Shown one piece after another: positions 41,719 through 51,286 of a stretch of DNA of 59,068 bases. This stretch comes from Caldisericia bacterium (GTDB taxonomy: Bacteria > Caldisericota > Caldisericia > UBA6126). Made by a program: the position numbers and the translations under genes. Position 1 is the stretch's first letter. Each line of letters starts with the position of its first letter. The stretch is taken from positions 1 through 59,068 of the forward strand of contig JAGLCW010000017.1 of NCBI GenBank assembly GCA_023146045.1. Reading direction: 5' to 3'. The notes under the pieces are model-generated. The model was not told the origin of the DNA. It saw only the letters and a program-made list of their open reading frames with translations, and searched no databases.

Positions 41719-43886
41719 TGTTTGCTACTAATAGCTTTAAGCACCTTCTTTTTACTGTAACAATTTTTTCATTAATTTTTTCGTTATCAAGCTGTTCATT
41801 GTTCCCGTCACCATCAGATCTAATAATTAGACCATCTAGCAACAATCCGCTCTTAGAGATAATTAGCCAGTTCACTCCAGAAAAAACATTTTTAATATCT
41901 CCTGACAATTTTAAAAACCATTCTCTATATCAACAATATGACATTGATGGAAACCATAGAACAGAAATACTATTTGTTTATCAGTATCAACAGGGCAACC
42001 ACGAACAAAGTAAAATTGAAGTAAAAATAATTAAAGAGTTTGAATATGGGTGGGATTGTATTTGGTCTGTTAGTGGATATGGATCTGGCATGAACCATGC
42101 TGAATTGTACGATTTAACTAACAATTCTATCCCAGAGATAATTCTTGGATGGAGTAGTGGAAGTACTCTAGAAAAAGGATTGGATATTTACAAATTTACA
42201 AGCATTTTAGATTTTTCAACACAAAAAGATTTCTCAACTATTTATTCGTCTATAGAAATACAGAGTCTTAAAGAAATTGACGAGGAAAGCTCTGATTTTA
42301 ATAAAAATGAAGTAATTATTTGGAAAAAAGAAAAAGATGAAGCTTTTTCTGTTGATATATTTCGATTCCAAGATTCTGGTTCTGTTATCAATACTTCACT
42401 AAAAGCAATTCCAGCCAATGAAAATTATCCATATTTTTTTAGAGAAATTGCATCTCATTACGCACCATTAGTTGAAAAATATCCAGACGAAACGATATAT
42501 TGGTATTACTATAGTTTGTATCTTCTTTATTCCCACCAATACAAAGAAGCTCTCGATTCATGTTTAAAAGGTACATTGTCAAACCAATATAAAAATATAT
42601 TTCCCACATGGTATGATTTAGAATACTTAAACAGTTCAATACTACTTAAGCTTGGAAGATATTCGCAAGCAGAATCTAAGTTTACTTCCATAGTAAATTC
42701 TCTATCCTCGATTAAACAACCATCTGTCGATGAAAAAAATGTTTTGTGTTTAAGTGAAATATCTCTTGCTAAAGTAAATATACAGAAAAAGGACTTTCTT
42801 TCTGCTCTTTTAATGCTTGATAACACAATTGTTTTTATTGATTCAATTTTAAGCCCTCATTTAAAGAAAGACACTCTATCCAAAATTCCTTTAGACGTTA
42901 TTATTCTTAAAAAGGATCTACAAGACACACAATGTCTACTTCAATCATCGTATGCGGAAAATTTTTTAGAGCCTCACATTCTGGATCTTCAAGAGGGGAT
43001 GAACTCATTTAGTTTGCTATCAGATTTACACCAAAACCAAGAATGTGAGTTTAGAGTAAATACAAGATCGCTAAATCTTCCGTTTTCAGAAAAGTTTATG
43101 GTGATTGATTTCAGCGAAATTCAGCCTAAGTTCTTCTTCGACAACGGAGTTGACAACGGGTTTCCTTATCACACATTTGTATGGAAAGATAAAAATAATA
43201 ACTTTAAGTTTCAACATCTTTTTAACTGCTCTAGCAACCGTTGGCCTTTATCAAATAAAAGTACTGTTGATAAAATATTTTTTGAAGAAGAAACAAATGT
43301 ACTTTTATTGTTTTACAGCAATGATCCTATTGCGTGCTCATTTCAATGGAATAATGATTTGAGAAAATGGCACGCAGCCTGGTTTCCTTTGAAAAATGAC
43401 TGGAGGGGAAACAATGGTGAAATAAAATTTACTGCTAGTTCTTTAACTGGATTTGTCACAGAGGGTATTTCTGTGAGTAACCCAGACAAAGCAAATATGA
43501 TTTTTAAAGAAAGTATGAATTCATTTTTTAGAGAGTTTCAAGACACATGGCAATTCGACAGTGAAAACATTTGCTTTTACACTACTAAAACTTCTTTTAC
43601 AAAAAATGCTTATAGCATACTTGTAGAATATATATATTTAATAAGTACCATGCAATACACATTAAGCAATGAATATCTTGTTTCTGAGAATTGTGTTCAT
43701 GATGAAATAATTCAGTCATTGATTCAAAACCCCATCAAACAAGATTGGAATATTGTAAGCCCAAAAAACATCGAAAAACTGGACAACTGGATTGAGTTTA
43801 AAACTGGAAACAATAGTATTTTCAGGGTTGTTTTTCAATTCACTGAAAACTCTGTAAAAATAAAATCTATAGAGAAAATGAGATAG
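41688..43886 (+). CDS. Large putative lipoprotein with FG-GAP/DxDGxx-like loops and a TPR-like region
   Basis: Lipobox LSSC; DIDGNHRTE and DLTNNSIPE loops; TPR-like helices (YPD..YWYY..Y.EAL, LKLGRYSQA); strong GGAGGAGG before the TTG start. Confidence 0.65.
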   Translation: MFKISKNQNIVFATNSFKHLLFTVTIFSLIFSLSSCSLFPSPSDLIIRPSSNNPLLEIISQFTPEKTFLISPDNFKNHSLYQQYDIDGNHRTEILFVYQYQQGNHEQSKIEVKIIKEFEYGWDCIWSVSGYGSGMNHAELYDLTNNSIPEIILGWSSGSTLEKGLDIYKFTSILDFSTQKDFSTIYSSIEIQSLKEIDEESSDFNKNEVIIWKKEKDEAFSVDIFRFQDSGSVINTSLKAIPANENYPYFFREIASHYAPLVEKYPDETIYWYYYSLYLLYSHQYKEALDSCLKGTLSNQYKNIFPTWYDLEYLNSSILLKLGRYSQAESKFTSIVNSLSSIKQPSVDEKNVLCLSEISLAKVNIQKKDFLSALLMLDNTIVFIDSILSPHLKKDTLSKIPLDVIILKKDLQDTQCLLQSSYAENFLEPHILDLQEGMNSFSLLSDLHQNQECEFRVNTRSLNLPFSEKFMVIDFSEIQPKFFFDNGVDNGFPYHTFVWKDKNNNFKFQHLFNCSSNRWPLSNKSTVDKIFFEEETNVLLLFYSNDPIACSFQWNNDLRKWHAAWFPLKNDWRGNNGEIKFTASSLTGFVTEGISVSNPDKANMIFKESMNSFFREFQDTWQFDSENICFYTTKTSFTKNAYSILVEYIYLISTMQYTLSNEYLVSENCVHDEIIQSLIQNPIKQDWNIVSPKNIEKLDNWIEFKTGNNSIFRVVFQFTENSVKIKSIEKMR

Positions 43887-43913
43887 CATTTTACCTAGTT
43901 TTTACAATGTTCC

Positions 43914-43942
43914 TTTTCATAATGGCTTTTTTTTCGTATAAT
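43914..43942 (+). promoter_or_regulatory. Sigma70-type promoter for the SLH-OppA gene
   Basis: TTTTCA-N17-TATAAT, 34 nt upstream of the GTG start. Confidence 0.5.
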
Positions 43943-43976
43943 CATTAGAAAATCTATTTATTCATAGGGGGTAGTA

Positions 43977-46412
43977 GTGAGAAAACATTTAGTTCTTGTT
44001 TCTTTTCTTATTGTAGCTCTTTCCTCTTCTTTATTAACAGGTTGTGGAAAAAAAACTGGAGATAATGGCAACTCTTCAGAACCAGAAAAACCTAATTATG
44101 AAGTAGTATCTGTTTATGACTGGGAAAATTTACCATTTGGACAGAAAGAGTCATATTACGCATTTACTGAAAAATCCATGGATGAAATGCAAGGTATTGG
44201 CGTAGTTGCTAGCGAAGAACTTTCAGATCCAGCAACACCAATCACACGTGGTCAATTTGTTAGTTGGATCGTAAAAGGACTAGCTTTAGAAACCACAAAA
44301 GGTCATTCATTTGATGACGTAGCAAAAGATCATCAGTATCACGACGCAATAATTACTGCCGCTGAAAACGGTATAATTGAAAAAACAGAAGCATTTATGC
44401 CTGACGATGAACTACTTCGTGGGAACGCTGCTGTTTGGTTAGTTAATGCACGTGGTGATGAAGCAAAACAAAAAGCCGAATCAATTCAAGAGCCATTAAT
44501 TCCTGCACAAGATGGTTGGACAGAGACAATTGCAATGGGTGATGAAGTTGCAAATGCCCTTAGCGTATGTATTCTTCCGGACTACCAATTGATGTATTAT
44601 CGCTGGCTTGAAGGTGATGATTTCAGATATATCAGACCAGACGATTCAATGTTAGTTTCCGAAGGCTGCTACAGTATAGATATGCTCTTAAATCCACCAA
44701 ATCGTGGAGGAAACCTTACTATTGGTCAATCCCAAGAACCAAAAACTCTATTCTCTGGACTTGATCAAATGAGTGCAATGACACAAATTACTTCATTGCT
44801 CTATGAAAGTTCTACTGGAGGATTTGATGAATTTTGGGGTCGTTTCCCTGTTATGCTCAAATATATGCCAACACAAGAAAATGGCGATTGGGTAATAACA
44901 AAAGACGCCGAAGGCGAAGTAGAAAAAATGGTTGTTACATATCATCTACATGAAGGTCTAAAATGGTCTGACGGTTCAGATATAACATCCAAAGATGCTC
45001 TTTTCTCATATTATTTCTACAATCACCCAGCTTGTCCTGTAATTCATAACGAAACAGATTTCTGGATTGACGACATGATAGCAATTGATGATTATACAGT
45101 ACAAGTTACATGGAATACTCCATATCTATATGCAAATGGTGGCATTGGCTTATTGCCATCACATTGGTTTGAAAAAGAGTTCGGTTATGTGTTAGAACCA
45201 TATAGCATACACGACAAGACTTATTATGACTATGATCAAGACATCGATGAAACATCAGAGAACGAAGCTTATGTTTCCCAAAAATGTAAAGACGATGCAA
45301 CGTTTATAGTAGATGTTACGTCTGGTGAAAACGAAAACCCTTACGGTAAATCACCAGTACACGCTGGTTGTTACAAAGTAAAAAGTTGGGAACGTGGTCA
45401 AACAATTATTTTAGAACCAAATGAACATTACATGTATGGAACTCCATTAATTGAAACCATTATTTTCCGCACAATTGAAAGTACAGATACTCTTCTAGCT
45501 GCTGCTATTGCTGGTCAAGTTGACATGACATTGACAGGTTTAACTTTTGATCAAGCAAAACAACTCGAAAAACAAGCTAAAGAACAAATCCCTGTATTCA
45601 CACCATCTTTAACTTGGGAACACGCAGATTTGAACGTAGACAACGAATATCTTTCTGATCCTAATGTACGTCGTGGTCTCTTATATTGTATTGACAGGCA
45701 ATCAATTACAGATAGCTTTTTTGAAGGTCAACAACCAATCGCACATGCATGGTTGCCACCAAAACACCCTGCTTATGACAATAGCACAATCACAAAATAT
45801 GACTACAACACTGATAAGGCTATAGAGTCTTTTGCTGAAGCCGGTTGGACAATTAACGACGAAGGCAAAATGGTAAATGCTAATGGTGAATGGTTCACAA
45901 TTACATTTATGACAACAGCTCAAAACAAAGCACGTGAACAAGTTCAAGCAGTTATTAGCTCTGATTGGTCAGAACATTTAAAAATTAATGTTGAATTGAA
46001 AAATGAGCAACCAACAAGCTTCTTCACTTCTACTTTGCGCGAAAGACATTTCGATGGTCCATCAGCAGCAATGTATGCATGGATAATGGGTCCTACTTCA
46101 AACTTGTATTCAATAGTAAACTCTTCCCAGGTACCTACAGAGAAAAATGGTTATTCTGGACAGAACTATACAGCATATTCAAATGAAGAAGTAGACAAAT
46201 TAACATCTGGCATATTAAAAATGCTTGACAAAGATGAGATTTATACAAATCTACGGACCGTACAAGAACATCTGACAAGAGATATCCCTTCTCTTCCATT
46301 GTTCTATAGAGTAGATATTAGTTCCAAAAATAAAGGTATTAAAAACTTTAAACCTACAGGAACATCCTCTCCAATAACATGGAATACTCCATGGTGGTAT
46401 TGGGATAGATAG
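43977..46412 (+). CDS. Family 5 peptide ABC substrate-binding lipoprotein with N-terminal SLH-like domains
   Basis: Lipobox LTGC; SLH-like ITRGQF, FDDV..DH.Y..AI..A.ENGII and F.PD..L.RG; family 5 motifs QEPKTL, LKWSDG..ITSKD, VRRGL..IDR and PSLPLFY. Confidence 0.85.
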   Translation: MRKHLVLVSFLIVALSSSLLTGCGKKTGDNGNSSEPEKPNYEVVSVYDWENLPFGQKESYYAFTEKSMDEMQGIGVVASEELSDPATPITRGQFVSWIVKGLALETTKGHSFDDVAKDHQYHDAIITAAENGIIEKTEAFMPDDELLRGNAAVWLVNARGDEAKQKAESIQEPLIPAQDGWTETIAMGDEVANALSVCILPDYQLMYYRWLEGDDFRYIRPDDSMLVSEGCYSIDMLLNPPNRGGNLTIGQSQEPKTLFSGLDQMSAMTQITSLLYESSTGGFDEFWGRFPVMLKYMPTQENGDWVITKDAEGEVEKMVVTYHLHEGLKWSDGSDITSKDALFSYYFYNHPACPVIHNETDFWIDDMIAIDDYTVQVTWNTPYLYANGGIGLLPSHWFEKEFGYVLEPYSIHDKTYYDYDQDIDETSENEAYVSQKCKDDATFIVDVTSGENENPYGKSPVHAGCYKVKSWERGQTIILEPNEHYMYGTPLIETIIFRTIESTDTLLAAAIAGQVDMTLTGLTFDQAKQLEKQAKEQIPVFTPSLTWEHADLNVDNEYLSDPNVRRGLLYCIDRQSITDSFFEGQQPIAHAWLPPKHPAYDNSTITKYDYNTDKAIESFAEAGWTINDEGKMVNANGEWFTITFMTTAQNKAREQVQAVISSDWSEHLKINVELKNEQPTSFFTSTLRERHFDGPSAAMYAWIMGPTSNLYSIVNSSQVPTEKNGYSGQNYTAYSNEEVDKLTSGILKMLDKDEIYTNLRTVQEHLTRDIPSLPLFYRVDISSKNKGIKNFKPTGTSSPITWNTPWWYWDR

Positions 46413-46425
46413 ACTAATCTAACTT

Positions 46426-46461
46426 AAAAAAAGACCAAGGGTTACTCCTTGGTCTTTTTTT
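46426..46461 (+). terminator. Intrinsic terminator after the SLH-OppA gene
   Basis: A7-GACCAAGG / CCTTGGTC-T7 perfect inverted repeat. Confidence 0.88.
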
Positions 46462-46469
46462 ATTTAATT

Positions 46470-47285
46470 ATGAAAACAAAATCAGTATTTTCTTCAAAAT
46501 ATGCACTAATTACAGGAGCTACTAGTGGTATTGGTAAATCAATCGCAATTGAGTTAGCCAAAGAAAACTGCAATCTAGTTATTGCTAGTAGAAATTTTGA
46601 TAGTATGAAAGCATTAAAAGACATGTTAGAAGATAAATACAATGTCTCTGTAGACTGCATAACCATAGATTTATCAGTAGCTAAATCAAGCAAAATAATA
46701 TTCGACTTCTGCAAATCAAATAACATCCAGATTAGTATTCTTGTTAATAATTCTGGGTTTGCATTGGCAACAAAGAATGAATTCACTCAACTAGATAAAC
46801 TTGAGCGAATGATAATCCTTCAAACAGTTACAGTAACAGATCTATGCAGTCAATTCATTTCAAGTATGAAAAAAAACAAATTCGGTTATATTTTAAACGT
46901 TTCTTCGATTACAGCAATTACTCCAGCAGCGTCAACTTTGACATACAGTGCAGTAAAAAAATATATTCTAACATATTCAAGACTTCTACATGCAGAAGTC
47001 TATAAAGACGGAGTAAAAGTATGTTGCTTACTTCCTGGTGCAACGGATACCTCTTTCGATAAAAACTCCAATTTACCAGTACCGAAAAAACTCAAGAGAT
47101 ATTATGTTAGTCCAGATTATGTTGCTATAAAGGCAATATCTGCATTAAAAAGGGGGGCGACAACAGTCACCCCCGGTTTTCAAGCTAAGTTTTTATATTT
47201 CATTGGCGTTATATTTCCGTCAGGCTTAATATATCGTTTACACAAATTCTTTTGGGTAAACAAAAGAGATTCCTATCTAAAATAA
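46470..47285 (+). CDS. Short-chain dehydrogenase/reductase (DltE-like)
   Basis: TGATSGIG, LVNNSG, NVSS, YSAVK (YxxxK) and PGATDT motifs; likely ATG 46470. Confidence 0.9.
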   Translation: MKTKSVFSSKYALITGATSGIGKSIAIELAKENCNLVIASRNFDSMKALKDMLEDKYNVSVDCITIDLSVAKSSKIIFDFCKSNNIQISILVNNSGFALATKNEFTQLDKLERMIILQTVTVTDLCSQFISSMKKNKFGYILNVSSITAITPAASTLTYSAVKKYILTYSRLLHAEVYKDGVKVCCLLPGATDTSFDKNSNLPVPKKLKRYYVSPDYVAIKAISALKRGATTVTPGFQAKFLYFIGVIFPSGLIYRLHKFFWVNKRDSYLK

Positions 47286-47306
47286 TAACTAACCTTAAGT
47301 TCTTTA

Positions 47307-48491
47307 TTATGGAGATTCATTTCCTTTTTGTTCTTCCATGTACTGGTCAATCATACCGTCCATTCCCTCTATTGTATTTGGAGGAACATTGGAAGTAACG
47401 GTATCTGAAGGAAAAACTATTCCAGGTGTAATGATTGGCTCTCCATATTTAACTTTTTGTTCTTCAAGAAAACTTTTATATGTATCATTTTTCTTTGCAT
47501 CAAGAGCTCTTTGTTTAACATTATCAAATATCTCATCGAAAGTTGGCGTATATGCTTTTTTTACGTCATTTCTTTTTAGAACATAAAAAACAGTTTCTAT
47601 TGGAAACATAATAACATCGGAATTTTCAAATCTTGAATCGTCAAATATATGTTTAATCATTTCTGGTGGCAATTGTTCTTCGTTGACCCAACCCATAGCC
47701 CCTTTATTATCTTTTACTGTTGGATCTTGTGAATACTTCAATGCCAATTCTCCAAAATCTACTCCCTTAGAGTACTCATCCATAATTTTCCCAACTTCGT
47801 CTTCTTTATATGCGACTATAAGGTCAATGTCTGCTTGACTTGGTACGTCAAAACTGGTTATATTTTCGTCATAGTATTTTTTTATTTCTGCATCTGATAC
47901 TTCTACATGGTCCATAACAGGAGAAAAAACTTTCTGAAACATTATCTGATCGTACATATCTTTAGAAAACATCTCATCAGACACACCAAGATTCTCAAAA
48001 TAAGCATCTACATCCAAATCAGGTTTTCCACTTTGTTCTCTAAGGCTTTGTCTTGTTTTTTCTTTTTCAGCTTCGATTTCGGCTGGTGTAATTTCCATAC
48101 CGCTATCTTTAAAATACATCTGTACATAACCTGATTCAACCAAAAAATCCATGACGTCTTGCTCTAGTTTCTTCTTGTATAGTTTTTGATCAGGAGCTGA
48201 TAATTGTTGCATTTTTTGATCAAAATCCTGAGGCATAACCCTTACCATCTCATCAATAAATTCTTTCATGGTGAAACTATAGTCATCTCCAATGACACAA
48301 ATAACAGTTTCAGGATCAGTTACATCTTCTGGATAATAAGTGTCGTTGTTAGATTCATCTTGTGAATTAGTATTCTCTTCTTGAGTTGTAGAATTGTCTG
48401 CAACTTTCACCCCTTCAAATCTAAATATCAGGAATACGCCCAATAATAAAACTATTAAAACTGCGGCTAAAGCTATGTAATTTTGTTTCAT
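47307..48491 (-). CDS. PrsA/SurA-like foldase with a PpiC (parvulin) domain
   Basis: N-terminal membrane anchor, VSDAEIKKYYDEN, DFGELALKYSQD..KG.MGW and FDEI.DNVK motifs. Confidence 0.85.
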   Translation of the reverse strand: MKQNYIALAAVLIVLLLGVFLIFRFEGVKVADNSTTQEENTNSQDESNNDTYYPEDVTDPETVICVIGDDYSFTMKEFIDEMVRVMPQDFDQKMQQLSAPDQKLYKKKLEQDVMDFLVESGYVQMYFKDSGMEITPAEIEAEKEKTRQSLREQSGKPDLDVDAYFENLGVSDEMFSKDMYDQIMFQKVFSPVMDHVEVSDAEIKKYYDENITSFDVPSQADIDLIVAYKEDEVGKIMDEYSKGVDFGELALKYSQDPTVKDNKGAMGWVNEEQLPPEMIKHIFDDSRFENSDVIMFPIETVFYVLKRNDVKKAYTPTFDEIFDNVKQRALDAKKNDTYKSFLEEQKVKYGEPIITPGIVFPSDTVTSNVPPNTIEGMDGMIDQYMEEQKGNESP

Positions 48492-48541
48492 TTAACTCTC
48501 CTATCTAAAATCTTTAATAGTGTATCATATTTTGAAAATAT

Positions 48542-49747
48542 TTATTCTTTCTTTCTTTTTAATCGACAAGAAGTTGAATCCTTTACATAAGAAAAACTCA
48601 TCAATTCCTTTTGTATTTCTTTTGAAACCGTTGGGTCGATTAATACTTTTTTTATTTTTGAGCTATACATAATAGATGCTTTTTCCCATAAATCATTCTC
48701 TTTTAAAAAATTTTCTAAGTAAACCCTTGCAGGATCCTTAGAGTCTGGAAAAGCAATTTCTTTTTTAACGTCAACAGTTAATTCATGATCTTCCCCCTCT
48801 AAAGAAGTTAGATTTTTTAAAACCGCGTAATCTGTTGCTCTTATCTCCCATTGTTTTTTTTCCTCTTCCAATTTTTTTATAGCAAACTTGTGCTCTTTCA
48901 TTTTAAATTGTATTGCAGCTAACTCATTAACAGCTTGATAACCTTCATCTAAGATGTTGTTTTCAAGACTTTTTAATGTAAATGAATGTTTAAATGCTGG
49001 ACAAATGTCCTTGTACGAACACCAATCACAAAGTGGTGTTTTGTTTGGTTGATAGTTTCTATCCAGTTCAATGGTCTTTATGTTTTCAACAATATCTTCT
49101 TTAATTTCGTTTAGCTCTCTATCATTTTTAGTTATAGTAACGCTTTTGTTGAATCTTAAAAAATGCCATGTCAGTGAGATATTTTTAACATCTGGATAGG
49201 TTTCTTTAACTGCCATTTGATAAAGTGGTAACTGTCTATCAGTTTCTAGGTTTTTAACTTCTGGAAAACGTGATGTTGTTTTATAGTCATGTATCAAAAA
49301 AGTATCTTTCTCTTCGTAATCAATTCTGTCAACAATAGCTTTAATCTTATATCCGTCAATGGTAACAAAGAATGATCTTTCCACAGCAATTGTTTGTGCT
49401 ATTACTTCTTTTTCTTTCTGTTGTAAAAAATATGTATTCAGTATTTTTAGTCCATCAGACTTAAATTTTTCTGGATTATCTGATAAATGTATGGTGATGA
49501 TATTTTGAGAATACTCTTGATCCCATATTGTTTCATATTCCTCCTTTATTTCTTCTAATGAGGGCCATATTTTTGTACTCATATACTTTCTATACATAGT
49601 TTCAAGAGTTTGATGTACACAAATACCCACAAGAGAATTCAGAGATACTTCTCCAGCTGGTGGTTTTATTCTATCAATATAATGGAACTTGTATTTTTGA
49701 GGACAGGAATTATATGTATTGATCCTGCTTATAGAGTAGTAACTCAT
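48542..49747 (-). CDS. RecB/Cas4-like PD-(D/E)XK nuclease with predicted 4Fe-4S cysteines and a C-terminal extension
   Basis: S.SRI..Y..CP.KY, G..VH..LE, VE, VDRID, IHDYKT, QL.LY and CDWCSYKDICP motifs. Confidence 0.88.
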   Translation of the reverse strand: MSYYSISRINTYNSCPQKYKFHYIDRIKPPAGEVSLNSLVGICVHQTLETMYRKYMSTKIWPSLEEIKEEYETIWDQEYSQNIITIHLSDNPEKFKSDGLKILNTYFLQQKEKEVIAQTIAVERSFFVTIDGYKIKAIVDRIDYEEKDTFLIHDYKTTSRFPEVKNLETDRQLPLYQMAVKETYPDVKNISLTWHFLRFNKSVTITKNDRELNEIKEDIVENIKTIELDRNYQPNKTPLCDWCSYKDICPAFKHSFTLKSLENNILDEGYQAVNELAAIQFKMKEHKFAIKKLEEEKKQWEIRATDYAVLKNLTSLEGEDHELTVDVKKEIAFPDSKDPARVYLENFLKENDLWEKASIMYSSKIKKVLIDPTVSKEIQKELMSFSYVKDSTSCRLKRKKE

Positions 49748-50430
49748 GGTTCAAACACTGGCTTAAATGTAAAATACTGTGAATAAAATGCATCACTCAA
49801 TTCAATAGATCTTCCAGGCATAAATTCTGGTTTATTTGAAAAACCAAGTTTATAGATGTTGTCCAACAGTAATCCAATCTCAATAGCTTCAGTACGTCTT
49901 AACATGGGTAAAAGCATATTAAACTCCCTATAAACTTCTGGATACTGTTCAATAATTCCAGCAACATCTTTGTTTTTTGCTGAAACAGCATAGTCATTGA
50001 TCAGTTTTCTTAATCTTTCCATAGATATTTCAGGATTAGAGATAGAGTACTTTTTCGCTAAATCAACAATGCCATCTTTAAAACAAAAAAATTTATCTCT
50101 AGAGTCTACATTTCTTGTAAACTCCAATGCTAGCTGGTTTGTGTTGATCCAATATTCTTCTATGTTCGAATCATTTGAAAGACAAGCGTTAAAAATATAA
50201 TTGTTGTATTTCTTTCGAAATCGTTCCCATACAGCATTAAATTCAGCTACTTCCTTACTTCCAATTACAACCTCGTTTGTAGTTTTGTTTAAGTTAATAT
50301 AGTCCGCATTAATAGTGTGTTTCAATAATGGTTTCAAACAAAAATAAACCAATACAAGTACCAATATACTTAATCCTATCCATATAAATCTTGTTCTTGT
50401 GTTTTTTAAGTTTTTGTTTTTAGGGCGCAT
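49744..50430 (-). CDS. Hypothetical membrane-anchored protein
   Basis: 228-aa ORF with a basic N-terminus and one TM helix; overlaps both neighbours; no family recognised. Confidence 0.7.
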   Translation of the reverse strand: MRPKNKNLKNTRTRFIWIGLSILVLVLVYFCLKPLLKHTINADYINLNKTTNEVVIGSKEVAEFNAVWERFRKKYNNYIFNACLSNDSNIEEYWINTNQLALEFTRNVDSRDKFFCFKDGIVDLAKKYSISNPEISMERLRKLINDYAVSAKNKDVAGIIEQYPEVYREFNMLLPMLRRTEAIEIGLLLDNIYKLGFSNKPEFMPGRSIELSDAFYSQYFTFKPVFEP

Positions 50431-51286
50431 TTGTAGCTTCTTTGATTAGCCTATAATCTAAACCAATTGTTCTGGAAGAAACTTTTGGAATAATTGGTAA
50501 TCTTTGCTTGTACAAAGATTTACGACAAAGCTTTAAAACTGATGTTACATGTTCTTTGGAAAAGCCTTTTTCTACTAACTCTTGAAAAGTAAACCTTTTG
50601 TCAATATGCCAAAATAGAATTTGATCAAGTTCGTCATATGTTAATCCAATTTCTTCTTCATCAGTTTGGGTTTCCCAAAGTTCAGCTGATGGAGGCTTGT
50701 TAATAATTTCTTCTGGAACTCTAAAGTAATCAGCCAACGCAAATGCTTGAGTTTTATAAATGTCGCCTAGTGGTAGAATTCCTGCAGCACTATCTCCATA
50801 CCATGTGCTATATCCTATTAGTAGCTCTGTTTTATTACTTGTTCCTATGACTAATGCTTTTTCTCTTGCACTAACATCAAAAAGATTGACCATTCTTAGT
50901 CTTGCAAAAACATTACCTTTTCTAAGTGGGTTTTTAATTGATCTTTCTCCACATAGTGAATCAGCAGTATTCTTTATATTCCATGTTTCAAGATGCAGTC
51001 CTAAATCTTTACTAACCATATTAGCATGATCATCATTTGACAAACCCTTACCGTATGGCATGTACAATAACAATAATTGGTCAGGGTTCAGTGCTTTTGC
51101 GGCAATATAGGATACCAATGTAGAATCCAATCCACCAGACAATGCAATGACTGCTTTAGTAAACCCATATTTATTCATCTCATCTTGAATAAATTTTTCA
51201 AGTACTGTAGAAAGAAATTCTGCATTCTGTTGCAGATATGCTGCTATTTCTTTATTTTTTTTGCCTTTACGGCTATTTTCTTCCAT
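50420..51286 (-). CDS. nadE: NAD+ synthetase (synthetase domain only)
   Basis: LSGGLDS, GNVFARLRM, GTSNKTE..GYST.YGD and KPPSAELW..QTDE motifs. Confidence 0.95.
   Translation of the reverse strand: MEENSRKGKKNKEIAAYLQQNAEFLSTVLEKFIQDEMNKYGFTKAVIALSGGLDSTLVSYIAAKALNPDQLLLLYMPYGKGLSNDDHANMVSKDLGLHLETWNIKNTADSLCGERSIKNPLRKGNVFARLRMVNLFDVSAREKALVIGTSNKTELLIGYSTWYGDSAAGILPLGDIYKTQAFALADYFRVPEEIINKPPSAELWETQTDEEEIGLTYDELDQILFWHIDKRFTFQELVEKGFSKEHVTSVLKLCRKSLYKQRLPIIPKVSSRTIGLDYRLIKEATNAP

Noticed and set aside
48400-50500. CRISPR-Cas locus around the Cas4-like nuclease
   Set aside because: No repeat-spacer array and no cas1, cas2 or effector genes in the window.
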